Source: Selaginella moellendorffii (lineage: Eukaryota; Plantae; Lycopodiophyta). Taken from it: DNA of 64,000 bases. Numbering within the stretch: the stretch's first letter is position 1; every line of letters begins with the position of its first letter. A model generated the notes under the pieces. The model was not told the origin of the DNA, made no database searches, and was given only the letters and a program-made list of their open reading frames with translations. Shown here piece by piece: positions 13,506 through 26,818 of the stretch. The stretch covers positions 540,181-604,180 of the forward strand of contig NW_003314311.1 in assembly GCF_000143415.4 (NCBI RefSeq), read 5' to 3'. The translations under genes were made by a program, and so were the position numbers.

Positions 13506-14877
13506 TCAGTGACTCTTTGAGTCGACCTCGGTGTGCGTCGCGAAAGATAGGTAGGCGTTCCAGACTAGAGCAACGATATTGCTAAAACCGACCTACGTAT
13601 CCAAGAGAATTGTCAAAATCCACGTTCGTCAGAACACAAGAAAACATCAACCTGGAGCTTCTGAGGAACGAACATGAAGTTGATAAACTGGAACGGCACC
13701 CACAACTTCCAATTGGTAATGACTGCTGATGGCCAATCCTGGAAGTTCGCAGGCATTAGGAGACAAGCGAGAACACAATAGTAATACAAACCCGGCTTAG
13801 TTTCGGACCGATATCTGAAGGCCGCCCTTCCAATGTAAGCAAGCAAATGAAAAATACTCCGATAAAGAGCGGGGAGAAGAAAAGCTACAAAAAATAACAC
13901 TGAAGGTTGGACGAGAAGTTGGAGGATCACGAAAGTAACCTGGTCAAGGAAAAGTCGAATGCCAGTTCCCTTCACTCCACCGATTTTCACTACTTTGCTC
14001 AAAGTCAAGTACCTGTAAGTTTATCAAACGATCGAGCAATGGGAAAACAAACAAGCAAACAAAAGGCAGTGATTTACCAAAAGTGAAGCGTAGGGCCTAC
14101 GAGCATCAATCCCAAACTTGTGATCACGACAATCCGCTTGATGTCAATGCCACCAGATTTTTCTATAACAAGCTGAAAGTTTCACAAGCCTCCTGTCAGA
14201 CCAGGAAGAAGAAGAGCATAAAGAGCAAAGAATGCGAGACGATCTACCTGGGTGAATAGATCGCCCATGAAAGTCAGTATAGCCGCTGTCACTGCCTTCG
14301 TTGTTACAGGCCTCTCCTCGAGCAATTTCATGTACCTGGCAGTAGCCAGGAAGGAAATCGAGAAAAAAAAAAAAAAACAAAGAACTTACCACGCAAGAAC
14401 TGGATTTCCACCTCCTCCTCCTCCACTCTGTGAATGATGATCACCCTGTCCCCCGCCACCACCGCCACTTCCACCACGTCCAGCACCACCAGCGCCATCG
14501 TCGCTCCTCAAAGAACCACCGGAGATGAGCCCTTGCTCCTCATTCTCGTCCGGAAGCGCTCCCGCCACCGAGCTGTGCTGCTGGATCGTCTGCGTCGTCG
14601 ACACGCCCTTGAAAATCCCTCCCATTTCCAGCGCTGGATGCTTGGGGCCGAGAGCCATACACGGCCGACGAGCTGCCGATCGAGAAAAGCTCCCGATGGC
14701 GAAATTTCGAGACGAATCGCATCGACGCTGCTCCAGCCCACCTCCAGAATGCCGATTACAGAGCGCCAGCGCCGATCGAGACGGCTGCGAGTGGATCGGC
14801 GATCGGGGAGAAGAACAAGAAGAGAGGCCGCGCGAAGACGCTAGGCGCATGGCGCAGCAACGGGCCACCATTGCCAT
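13506..14877 (-). CDS. Mpv17/PMP22 family membrane protein with transit-peptide-like N-terminus
   Basis: WYMKLLEERPVTTKAVTAA, GLMLVGPTLHFW, LFLDQ, QDWPSAVITNWKLWVPFQFINFMFVPQKLQV, LVWNAYLSF. Start codon uncertain (alternatives up to 15003). Confidence 0.88.
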
Positions 14878-14983
14878 ATCGACGGACGGATTGAATTCTA
14901 GGGCAGCGGCCACCGCGCGAAGATCGCAACCGCTCATCTCCTGGCGAGATTTTGAGCTAGAATGTCCAGCTATCGCGCCTTCC

Positions 14984-15988
14984 ATGGCCAATGTGGTGGT
15001 CATCTCCAGCGCCTCGAGGAGCGCTAGCCCTAGTCTTTCTTCCAGAGAGGTAGACGCTTCGATTGATCAATCTAGAGCTAGAATTTCTGTGATTCTTCCA
15101 GATTTCCAAGGAGAGGAGCTACAATGCAAAGAGATTGTCCCTGGCTGGGCCGCTGGCAGCCATTTCGATCGCTAGCGCCACGATCGCGACTCCCTATTGT
15201 GCTCTGGCCGAGTTCCTGGTAAGAAAGATCCTTTCTAGAGAAGCTAGATTAAATTTTTGTATCTTTGTGTCAAGAGTTACGATCATGCTAGCATGCGCGG
15301 GGCGGATCTTTCAGGACAAGACCTTAGAGGCGCTGTCTTCGCAGGTAAGAGTTTCTTTCCTTTCCTCTTTGTTCTTTCAGTGGGAATCTCTTTTCTTCTT
15401 CTTTCACTTTCACTTCTTTCACTTCTTTCACTTTCTTCTTCTTTCACTTTCAAGTATCTTAAAGAGTGAGAATTTTTCCAGCTTGTGACTGCAGAAAGAT
15501 CAATCTAAGAGGATCAAACCTCGACAGCAGCACTGATACTTTTGCGGGATTCGAAGGTGGTGATCTTCAAGACACAAGCTGGTACTTGTCTCTTCATGGA
15601 AAATCTTATACACGTTTTGCAAACAGGGTTCAAGCCTTGGCTGATCGGGTCGTGTTCCGAATGACGAATCTACAAAACGGTACGTCTCATGGATTGCTTT
15701 GACTCTTCCTAAGTTTTTGGGTCTTGAATTCTTCTCGCTAAGCTTTTCCTCCAATGCAGCAATTTTCACGAATGCGATACTGACTGGTTCACAGTTTGAT
15801 GGTAGCTTTTCTAGCATTCCTGGTTCTTATGTCCTACTCATGATCTTCTTCCAGGCGCAGATATCACTGGAGCCGATTTCACAGAAGCAATCCTGGACAA
15901 CTACCAGCGTCTCAAGCTTTGCAAGCGAGCAACAGGGACGAACTCGATCACTGGCGTTGAGACACGAGAGAGCCTCGCTTGTTCGTAG
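14984..15988 (+). CDS. Thylakoid-lumen-type pentapeptide repeat protein, multi-exon
   Basis: In-frame splicing of exon 14984-15049 to 15102. Repeats [18 protein letters not shown] and [26 protein letters not shown]; C-terminus [23 protein letters not shown]. Confidence 0.87.
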
Positions 15989-16166
15989 TCACACAAAGCA
16001 GTAACTTTCGACTCTTTGTCTGTCGATCTCGAGGATCAGGTACATACATTTTCCTTCATCAATCTATGTGAAGTTCCTTTTTTTCAGGAAAAGTTATTTC
16101 GAAAAAAGAAAAAGGGAGTGTTGTATTTGTTTTAACTCCTTTGGAAGCTTAGTATGGCTAGCAGCA

Positions 16167-17330
16167 ATGGAGCTTACTACTCGGCTACTCTCATTCATCC
16201 TCCACAAGCTGGTTCTCTCCAAGAACACCGAGAATTTACGTTCCAATCTTGGCTCTCCTCGGCAAGCTCCCTCACATCTCCCTCCTCGATCTCTCCTAAA
16301 GGGATGGAGGACTCGTGTACCTCAAGCTCGGGCAAGTTGATGCGCTCATCGTCTCCTGCCCGGACGCCGCGAGAGAGCTCTTCAAGTTCCAAGACGTCGC
16401 GATTTCTTCCGGGGCCCCAGTCTTTTCGGGGAGATACTTCGGCTACGGGAATGAATCCGGAAGATGTGTACTTTGGAGAGAATCGTCGCCTTGAGCAAGC
16501 CTGGATCGCCTACCTTGTCGGAAAGCTTAGATTGAGCACTCAGCAAGTTGGATAGCTTGTCTCATGAATTCATTAACGAGCAATAGGGGTGGAGAGATCC
16601 TCATTTTCATTGAATATGTATACGCAAGCTCCGGCTCCTCACGGCCAAGCGGGTCCAGCCCATTCGCAAACAAGAGACCGAGAACTTGCTCCTGGCGATG
16701 GCGGAGGAGGGCCGGGAGGCCGATTTGTCGACAATGGTGAAGGATGTTACGTTCAACACCGTCGCCAGGATGGTGGAGCAAGAGCTACTCGGCCGGGAGC
16801 GCGACCCGAGCAAGGAGGAGATGAGGAGGTGCTGTTCTTCAACCGGGCAATCACTCGGGCGTTTGAGCTCGGTGGTAGCATGCACATTGGGGATTTTGTT
16901 CCGTGGCTGGGATGGATGGACACGCAGGTTGCAAAGATCGAAGAAGTCCAGCACGGGATCGACCAAAGGAGATTGACACTCATCGCAAGAACTTTGGTAG
17001 CCAGCCGAAGGACTTTATTGACTTGATGACCTCCACGGGGGAGTTGACGGACGCTTCGCTCAAGGCAGTTTCGCTCGTACGTTGTAGCAACGGAAATTCG
17101 TATGAAAATCTTTCTTTGGATGGGAAAGTTGACGTGAATTTTGCAGGACATGATCGCGGCTGGAACGGACACTTCGGCTGTTCTCATATAGACTGTGCAA
17201 TGGCGGAGCTAATCAAGAACCCAGATTTCATGGACAAGGCTCGCGAGGAACTCAAGCGAGTGGAAAGCTCATGGAAGACGAGAATATCTCCAGGCTCGAG
17301 TCCTTGCAAGCGATTGTCAAAGAGATCCAT
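16167..17330 (+). pseudogene. Cytochrome P450 pseudogene, 5' and central part
   Basis: Frameshifted pieces: GLVYLKLGQV, IGDFVPWLGWMD, KDFIDLM, I-helix DMIAAGTDTSA, AMAELIKNP, LQAIVKE. Confidence 0.85.
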
Positions 17331-17334
17331 TGGC

Positions 17335-20100
17335 CAGTTCCACTCTCCAGGAGTAATTGAAGAATCTATATGCGGCATCTCCTTAGTGGGCAGCACTCCT
17401 AGTGCCTAGAACTGCTTTTGGCAAACTGGATGGTAGCCAGGGTGGGTGAGAGGAAGAAGAGGAACAGCCCAAGCCAAATACATGGATTAATCCTACTGAT
17501 TTAGAACTGACTTGGACTATTGTATTGTCCAAGGGTGGGTGTAGGTTGCTGATCTCATGTACTACACTGTTGATAAACTGTTGTACCGTCAAGTGTGGGT
17601 GCAGGCTGTTAATTACATGTATTACACCGTTGATTGGTTTTTTAATGTCACTTTCATTCACAGGTTGAGGAGTTCATACCTCAAAGGTGGTGCTTCCAAG
17701 TGCTTGAGGGATGGCCTTAGAAAGAGCTTCAATAGCCTAATTGTGTTGTGAGGAGATAATTCTTGAGAAGGTAGCGAGCTTTGGCACTTCTCAAGAGTCT
17801 CTGTGTCAACCTTTTAAGTCCTTCCAATCCATGGCTTCTAAATGCATGGAACTTCCTATAGTTTATTTTTTTTGCAGGTATGATTTTTGCCCATCACATT
17901 CTCTATCCATTCTCATTGCCGCTAGAAACTCTAGGTGGGGTCTAGAACTATGTTGGAGATTGCCTGGAATCAATGCTGGTTGGAGGATGGCCTCAGCCTT
18001 ATAAATTTAAAACCTTTTGTGCTCCTCTTGACAATCACATGCCACTTCTCTCAGTTTTTTATTTGAACCAGATCCATGCGTGAAAGCACCCTGAAACTAC
18101 TTCATTAAACACAGTTTGTATTAGTTAATATTAAACGCTTGAGCGGAGAAGTGGGCACGCTCAATCCAGCAACTCGGACATAGCCAGGGACGCCGGGTCC
18201 AGTCCACCCCAGTCAAACACATGGATCAAAATCTCCAGGTGAATTCCTGGGCAGCTCCTCCTCCCGGATCCAAACGGCAAGAGTTGGCCCTTGACATCCA
18301 CACAACTCCCCAGAAATCTATCTGGATCAATCTCCCTCCATGTGGTTTTGTCACACCGGATCATGTAGGCATTGATCAAGATCCTGGTTTGATTGGGACA
18401 AAACTTAGCCACATGGCAAATCATGAAATAGACAAGTCTGGAAGCTTCACTAGTAAAACATGGAGGTGGCAGAAGTCCACAGCAACAATATAGAAGATTC
18501 ATCCTTAGTGGGAGATCATAATTTTGATAGAAAGGAATCAGAGATCTCTGGGGCTGGCAAGAATGTGGCCAAAGCATATAAAACAAATATAAGTGAGTCA
18601 AGAAATGGTGGGCATTATTATAGTATGAGAATCTTAAATTTAGAGGATAAAAAGTCAAGGATGAAGCCAGACCTCATCCAATCACAACCCTTTGGTCTTA
18701 GGAGCAAATTTCTATATTATTTCAAAAGAAGAGTGTTCTTTGAGTGGAATCTCTTTGTAACTTGTGAACTACTATGGATACATAATGTTCCTAACCCAAT
18801 AGTACCAATTTAAGTGTGTTGGAAGAAGTTGTGAGAAGATTTCAAGCTTGTCAGATCTTTCTAGTGTTAGGGAGGGAATTTTGGAATTGTTCACTATTGG
18901 CTATAGAAACTAGTGATTTTGACTATACTGGAAGTCTTCAGAGGGTTTTTAGTGAGTTGGAGTGATTGGTGGGAGCAAGTTCTGGTGCAAAAATGAGCCC
19001 ACCACCTTCTTGGGCGAGTTGGGTTGAAGAATCTTGTGAGCATTTATAAACTAGTGGTGTTCTGAAACATATTTGAGAATAAACCAATGCAGGGCTAAAG
19101 GCCATTTACATTAATTTCAGCGCCACATCTGGGCCGTTCATCCAGCATCAATCCAAAACGCTCATCTCCAACAACCTCAAAGAATCCAGACTGAACACGC
19201 CACCCACATCCAACGAAGCAGATTACGCCTCCAGCAACTTCACATCCTAGGATGAAGAACACAGTGAACCCTAGCGAGGAACACAAGGATCATGGAGCAG
19301 GAGCAGCAGCAGCAGCCATGCCTCAGCCACAAAGTTAGGTACGCCATGATTACAACGAGATCAGGAAGGAGTATGAGGATAAACTCTGCGACCTGAGCTA
19401 CTGCACCTGCAAGTTATTCAAAGCCCTCAATCAATGCATGCACCATGAGCAAGCAAACCACTTCCCAACACCAGCCAACATCACATAGGACCTTCTCAAG
19501 CAAGACTCCTTCATATACAGGGGAGCAATCAAGAAGGAGTTCCACCGGCTCGACACTCAGCTTAAGGAGATGAAGTAGATTTGCACTGACCTCTGGGACA
19601 TCAAGAAGATCATCTCCAAGCAGCCATCAGTAGCTCACGAACTCACCTACAAGTTCAAGTACGATAAAATCAACACCCACTACTGGAAGCTCGAGGATGA
19701 TCATACCACCCTCTTGGCCAAAGTAGCCAAGCTCCAGGAAGATGGGACAGATCCACTAGATAGTGTCCCCAACCACGAACTCACATCCTGCAGTAGAAGT
19801 GTCACCTCTATTGACTCGAGCAATAGTAGCAACAAGCGATGGAAACTGACTATGCTCACACTGAAGACAATGTCTAATTCTATTAGGGGAGCAGACTATA
19901 TCAACCAAAAACCTAGGCTCAAGGAACTCCAACCTTAAACCCAAGGCTGCATAAACTTGATCATGCACAGCATATACCATTTATTAACATATGCTGGTAG
20001 TTAGAACCACCAGCCTTTCAAGGGGGGAATCCAAGTTGTGAATCCCTATTTCCATTCATTATTTTCATATTAATTCACAGCACTATCTTTCCTTTCATCC
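17335..20100. mobile_element. Decayed retroelement-like remnants interleaved with the P450 fragment
   Basis: Stop-riddled reading frames (18340-19080 Trp-rich; 19318-19938 coiled-coil-like) and a polypurine-tract-like AAGGGGGGAA at about 20020. No diagnostic RT or integrase motif recognised. Confidence 0.3.
18161..18332 (-). pseudogene. Cytochrome P450 3' fragment (PERF and heme-binding motifs), inverted relative to the 5' part
   Basis: DPDRFLGSCVDVKGQLLPFGSGRRSCPG..HVFDW on the minus strand. Confidence 0.85.
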
Positions 20101-20344
20101 CCTGGAGATCAAGCCTTTTTCCCCTTTGTTTTCTAGCTAAAACCTCTTAAATATCTAGCTAAAACCTCTTAAAGCTTGCCTGTTAACTTGATCCAACCGT
20201 TAGCAGCCGTCAGATTAAATCAGGTTCTCTGTGAGAATGTGGCTGACAACTGCTAGGTTCTCACTCGTTCCCTCCCGAACGCACTCGCCTTACCCGGGAA
20301 CTCCCCAGGTCATATGAATTACATTCCATCTGCAAAAAGCACAT

Positions 20345-22617
20345 TCAGTTAGAAACCTCTATAATCCGTCTCGTGCTCCTGGCTTTAAGCTCGCCAGGGA
20401 AACACATCAAGACCTGCCACAAATATTCCACAAGTTGGTCAGTCGGCCTTTTACTTTCATTCCAGGTACAGGTGCTGATTGGTAAAGCAGCTTTCGAATC
20501 TCCAATGATGCAATCTGAGACACAAAGGATTAAAGTTTCGTACATTGCTTTCAAGTCATCTAATTACGAAATGTAAATGAGTGGCTCCCAGAGAAGAAAC
20601 AGCTTACTGCTTGACATATACCACGCGCGACAAATGTATCCCAGGCCTCACCACAGGAACTGCCTTGACATAGACCAATGTTCCAAAAACTATCAGAAGG
20701 TCGCTAACATGAACAAAATCTTCCGTAACGGTTGGAAGCATTCAAACAGTCAAAGTAAGCAATCAAATTATCCACAACAAACCTTTTGAGCTTGGCACTG
20801 TCTTCTGGCTTGAAAGAAAAGCTGCGAAGGTTCACCAGAGCCAGGAACTGTTAGAAATGTCAACCAGTTGAAAGAAGCTCGGCGATGCAAACTTCTGAAA
20901 CGAAGGCGTAAGGCACGAAAAACAAAAGAAAAGATGCAGGCTCTTACTTGCAGCCGTCCACGGCACCTTCGTCGTCTCCACGCGCGGAATACTTTTCACT
21001 TGCTGCACTGTGTTCTGCAGCAACTGAGCTAAATCATGACTGCGAGACAGCGAAAGGACCCAAACGGCCGTTCAATAGAGTCCAGTTCTGCAAAATCTTA
21101 GAAGTACCTCAGTAGCTGTCTGAAATCCAGGAGTCAGTCAGTTGTCGCGCATAACGACGGTCGACTTATCCTCAGCATCTGACGATCTGTGCATCAGCTC
21201 CTGCTGACTTGCATCTGACTCTTGAGATCCACGTCTCGTCACTACGGATTTAGAAGACTTGTGAAACTGATTCTCTACTTCTGCCGCAAATCACGATGCA
21301 TTCCACATAGCTGGAGCTGCATCAGCTTGTACGCATGTCAATCGAATCTGTGCCAACCTTGCCCATAACTGAAGTACAAACTCTTCACAAGCTTTACCTC
21401 GGCAGCTTGTGCATGAACTGCAAATCACAAAAAAACGAAGTTACGGAATGCAAGCCTAGAAAAAATCATACCAACCTGGACCCGGCATTTCTTATCACTG
21501 AAACTCCATGCGCGTCAGTAGGCAAACAAGAACCTGATGCCACGTCCTGGGAATTATCCAGGCGAGAGCTACCAGCGCGAGCGCCAAGAAGTGGCCTCGT
21601 CAAAGATCCGGAGAGGAGTCAGCCTCAAGGAAAAAGTCATGAATCTTTTATTACGAACTCTCGGAGGTGACAGGAAAAAGGGGGGAGCTCCCAACAGAAA
21701 GAGTTACCTCCGGAAAAAAGGAAAAATGTAAGCAAACTTACTGGGGGGGTAAAGTGGAGTTTACGAGCTTCTCCAGCTCTAGCAACACACCCGTACACTC
21801 CTCGGTGGTGGCTGTAGCATGCAAATCTTGTTGGAAAGAAGTCGATGCATCCAGAAGCATGTTGAAGCTTAAAAAAAAACAGTTAAACTTTTAAAAGGAA
21901 TAAAACGAAATGAAAGCTTACTGATTATGCTGAGTGTGAAATGACATTGAAAAGATGTAGCCATACTAGGTTTTTCATCACTCCTTGATTCAACTGATCC
22001 TTCTTGATCTTCTCATTGTGGATTGCAATGCCCAGGAATTTCTGGAAATGCAGCTCTGAAACACCAAAAAAAATGCAGTAAAATACCTTGAACAGACTCT
22101 TAATCGGTTCCTTCTGAAGCAGTTGCTCCTCGCAGGTGTGGACAGGCAAAGGAGGTGTCCTAGCTGCTACTCGCCCTCTGAACCGTAGAGTTGGCGGCGG
22201 CGGTGATGGAGGAGGTGGCGACGGCGGCGGTGGAGACGGTGGGGGTGGAGGCGGCGACGGTGGCGGTGGCGACGGCGGCGGTGGAGACGGTGGGGGTGGA
22301 GGCGGCGACGGTGGCGGTGGAGGCGGCGATGGCAGCCGTGGAGGCGGCCCCGGCAGCACTGTAACACACAGGGATTGAAAGAAAGAAAGAAAGAAAGAGA
22401 GGGACATGAAAGAACCTTTGTAGATCCTGCGATGGGGGCACCGAGGCGGTGGCGGAGCTGCAAAGAAAGAAAGATTAAAGAAATGTTTGAAATGATTGGA
22501 ATGGAGCGCTTACGCTTGTAGAGGTGGTTTATCAGAGATTGCCCCGAAACTTCTTCTCCTTTGCATTTGGAGCACGGGGAAGAAACGCGAAATTGTGCTA
22601 GCTCTCCTCCACCTCAT
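20345..22617 (-). CDS. Uncharacterised multi-exon gene with a Pro/Ser-rich (SPPPP)n exon
   Basis: Regular short GT-AG intron pattern on the minus strand and a poly-Pro exon at 22190-22355. No family recognised; boundaries approximate. Confidence 0.4.
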
Positions 22618-22879
22618 CGTCACTGTCAGTACCCATCCACATTCCCGTGAAGATCAGTGGGACAAACGAGAGAACAGCCACGAACACAACAGCATGAATC
22701 ATTCAACAGCATGAATCATTTGCATCGCGCTTCTCTCTCTCGCCTCTCTTTCAATCAAACATAAACCCCAATCTTGTAATTCAACGTCTCGATATATATA
22801 TTAATTAACCATTAATCCACAATGTAAATTAACAAGAATGGCTTAAACGTCGAGAATTGTCTCACAGCTCGAAGGAACG

Positions 22880-23400
22880 AGCTTGGCGTCCTCCAGACTG
22901 GCCATTTCGGTGCGTTGATAGATTCTTCTCCTGCATCCTGTCGAAGCCGCCATTCTCCCACGGAGTGTTCCCGAAAGAGGTGAATTCCTCGCCTCGTGAG
23001 CCCGGACTCCCTGCTCGCATAGGCTCGCACAACTATCGAAGATGCGCCGGTCTTGACGCCTTCCTGGTTCATCCCGGCCTCCTGGTCTGAGCGTAAGCAT
23101 CTTTGTCCCCGTTCCTGGCAAATACTTGGAGCAGCGCCTCTGGAGGAAGCCCAGCGGAGATAACGAGCTCCTGTTGCAGACGTCGAGCAGAAAGGTGACT
23201 TTGTCGGGCCGGACGCCTTCGTGCTGCATCGTCCGGAAGAGCTTGAAGGGACAAACCGCGGTGATGTCTCCTAAAGCAGCTTCTCGAGATAGCCATGCAG
23301 AACGTCGCAACATGGTAATCGTTTTCCAAAGATCTCCCCAGTCCATTCCAGGAGCTTTCGACTCCTGTGAAAAAGAGGCCGAACGTCACATCTACGCACA
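22880..23400 (-). pseudogene. PPR gene fragment
   Basis: KLFRTMQHEGVRPDKVTF, FARNG and RRIFD pieces in shifting frames. Confidence 0.65.
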
Positions 23401-25199
23401 AATGAGCATGCTCCTTACCCTGGCGGATTGTAACGCTATGCCTTCTCCGAGCGTAAACTGTGACCCAGCCCACCGGTAAGTGATATGAATTAGTACCAGC
23501 TCAGTGAAAGTTCGAAACGGGGGGCCTTGGTTCCATACCTGGGAGTCACATTCTGCACAAAGTCTGCATCTGTCACTCAAAAACCGGAAAAACGGAGATG
23601 AAAATCCGATGGCATCAAGGCCTGCCGGTCATGGTCATACTCACGGTCCATGTGATGCATCAGCTTCTAGTGATCGCAACCGCCAGAATCGACCTGAAAT
23701 AAAGAGTATCCCAATTTATTCTGAACAACAAAGAGATATACACTCACCACAAAAGCTCCAGCAGGGAGACGCTCGATGCCTTCCGGTCTCAATTGCTACT
23801 GTAAGCAACTGTTTGCGGCCATCAAGCAAACTGCAGAACTCTGTACCAGCGGGCTTGAGGCAAACGCTGTGGTCATAGGAATCAAAAGGAGAAACTCACT
23901 GAGCTTATATCTTTGCACTTCATAGTTCCACAATATATATGTTCCTGCCTGGTGTTTTAGTCAGCATACTTTGGCTGCCTATAATCACGAAAGCAATGAC
24001 ACGACTTTACCTGGATAAACGTTTTAGGAAGGCCAAACTCAGCCATTGTAGAAGACTGGCAAGTTGAAAGCTTCCGCGGCCTGACTTTGCGCGGGAATGG
24101 ATTGCTGCAGTTAGAAACAAGCAAGTAACTGCAGTGAACAAAAACCAGACCTTGGCTTGTATCGCAGGTGTCTTTCGCAACACCCAGAAAACCGCCGATT
24201 CCTGGTTTGACTGCAAAACGCACCAGCTTTAGGCATGGCGCGTAAAACGACTTCCGAGAAAGAACATTGAAAATTGAAGGTTACACAGAACCTCCGGGGC
24301 ATACTATTTGCTGGAAATACGTACTCTCTGCATCTGGAAGAAGCTAGAGTGTTCACTTTGAGGAGTATGACACCCCTGCTTGTCGAAAATGAACGCTAAC
24401 TTAAATCTCAACGGAAGGATGTCTTACCAAGATCATTTGGAAAAGGTTTTCCTCGTCCTAGGGAGCAGTACGTTCCGAGCAGATATCCACGCTAACCATA
24501 CAATTGAATCGTGTATGTGAAACGAGATATATTGTGCTAGAAACAATAGGAGAAGGATGCCTGATTGAGAATGACTTACTGACCTTGTCAATGTCCATGC
24601 TCCTGTGGACTGTAGTCTGGAGTCAAAGAATAAAACACTGGCAGCATCCCGACAAAGATATTAGTGCACAAGCACGCACGAGAAGACATAAAATAAAGAG
24701 CAAAACGAGCAAAACGATTCATTCACCTTTGCCAGTGTCAGCGGTGCTCGCAAAGCATATTCGTATACAGTGGCCGGAAGAATGAGGAGCGACTCAGATG
24801 CAGCCCTACATGAGAAGCAAGCTGTGTTTCTCGCCGGACTGGGCGGCAAGATCGATTGCCGCGTTCTCGATCACTCCGGACCAAACCCTAGCAACAAAGT
24901 AGATCGCCAGTGATAGCTTGACGATAGCAAGCTATGTCCAGCTGCTTTGCGTCAAGGAGTAGTACACGCTGATCCTTACCTCAGAATACAGTGCTCTCGT
25001 GCCGACAAACACCAGCTGGATGAGCGTAAGGAGCGCCGCAGCAGGTTGTAGCGATCCGAATTCGGCACTAGATGGTCCGTCCAGACGATGACGATAGTCT
25101 TGGATCCAAAACTGGTTTCATCTCGACCCATACTTGCGAATCTGTCTTGCTTTAGGTGCTTTAGGTGCGTTGCTGCGTTCATCTTACTCTTGCAAACTG

Positions 25200-25645
25200 T
25201 GAGCATCCATTTCAGGCAAGCTGGATTTGTTACCGGGACAGGAAGAAGTGGATTTCTGTCACCTACAATATCTTGATGCATTACAAAGCTCAAGGAGATG
25301 TATCTTCGAGGCGTCAAGGCCAGCGTTGCCTCCGTGTCATAGGGAGGAAGCTCGGGTGTTCTTCTCAAAATTGAAGAAGCAGGACCTGGAGGTCACGATG
25401 AGTTTCTTACGTTTCCAGCACTTTTGCTTTTCTTCCTGGCTTCCGAGTGAACCCGTGTCTAATTGTGCAGTGTAGGCGCATGGTCAAGGCCGAGGTTATG
25501 CGCACTTTCTCGTGTTTGCTGCACGGGTATGGGCAAGCAAGGGAAGATTGAGGAGGCGATGAAGATTTTCCAGGCCATGAGAGACAACATCTCGATGACT
25601 GAATGGCCACCACTACCATGTTTCCACGAGGATGATCGAGCCTGA
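25200..25645 (+). pseudogene. PPR-like gene fragment
   Basis: GMGKQGKIEEAMKIFQAMRD and LKEMYLRGVK pieces, interrupted by stops. Confidence 0.45.
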
Positions 25646-26818
25646 GCTATGTACGCTGATTCAAGTCCGTTGGCGCAACGACGAGGTAGAGCATTCTTCA
25701 TTTTGTGTGTCTCTCCTAAGCTCTGATGGGGAGTTCCAGCCAGTCATTATTCTCCGTTACTACAAATCCACGACGACCAAGTGAGTGACCCTATCTATGT
25801 TTTTCTTTTCTGACAAACACCAGATGACATTCGGTCCTGTTGTTCCCAGGTGGAATCTCGGGAAAGGTGATCAGCCCGGACAACGAAGGCTTGAAAGATT
25901 TTCATGTCGGGCCTGATGTCGACACTAGGCTGGCGTTGTCTCTTGGAATTCAAATGGGACAAACAGTACTAAGTGTCACCGGGGATCTTCCCAGAGTGTG
26001 GTTTAGATTGGTGCCTTCTTCACTGTTATGATACCACATATACAGCAAATGCCAGGATTCTCACCATTGCGATATTTTTTTATTTTCATGTCTTTCTAGG
26101 AGCGGGAAAAGTACGTATAACCAGAAGCTGATGACATGGAATTGAACTCCAGTACCGTCGGTATGGCTTGCAAGCTGAGTCTATCTTTTCGTTTGTGCAA
26201 AATGTTACTCCCAGAGGCTTTCCCATTGCACTAAAACCATTTTGGTGCAGGATCATCCATGAGCTTGGCCCATTTTATGAAGGCATAAGCATAAAACGAG
26301 CAGAGTTTGGCTCAAGGTGTACGTCATTTTTGTCCACGATCTATCCAAACATAAAGGTCTCTTACGTCGCTGTTAATCCCAACAACAACTGTCTCAACTT
26401 CGTTTTACTTACAAGAGTTACAGCGATGTGGAGCAAGGCAGCTGCATAGCTCTCTCCCCTTCGAAACCAGGCTCCATAAATCCCGTGTCTAAATGAGCCT
26501 GTCTAGCTCTACAGGGTTCTTCCGCAACTCCAGTCATTCAAAAACCTGGCAGTGAATGACATAGCATGGATAAGAGTCGACGCCATTGAGAAGAGCTCTG
26601 CACCACAACAAGGAAAACTACAGCCTGAGCAAGTGATTTCGAATGGCTTTCGAACCTCAATGGAATAGCATAAGAAATCTGCCTTGGCCTTTCTCACTTT
26701 CGATAACAATGTTGAGCTGTGTGCACTTTCACAGCCTGCACCTGGCGTGGTATGAAATTTCTCTTTATTCATTCATTTATTTTCTACTGTCGCCATTAAC
26801 ATTTTTGAGACCAAGTCT

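Noticed and set aside
23480-25100. Possible multi-exon gene on the minus strand
   Set aside because: Splice-like signals are present, but I could not assemble a coherent frame or recognise a family.
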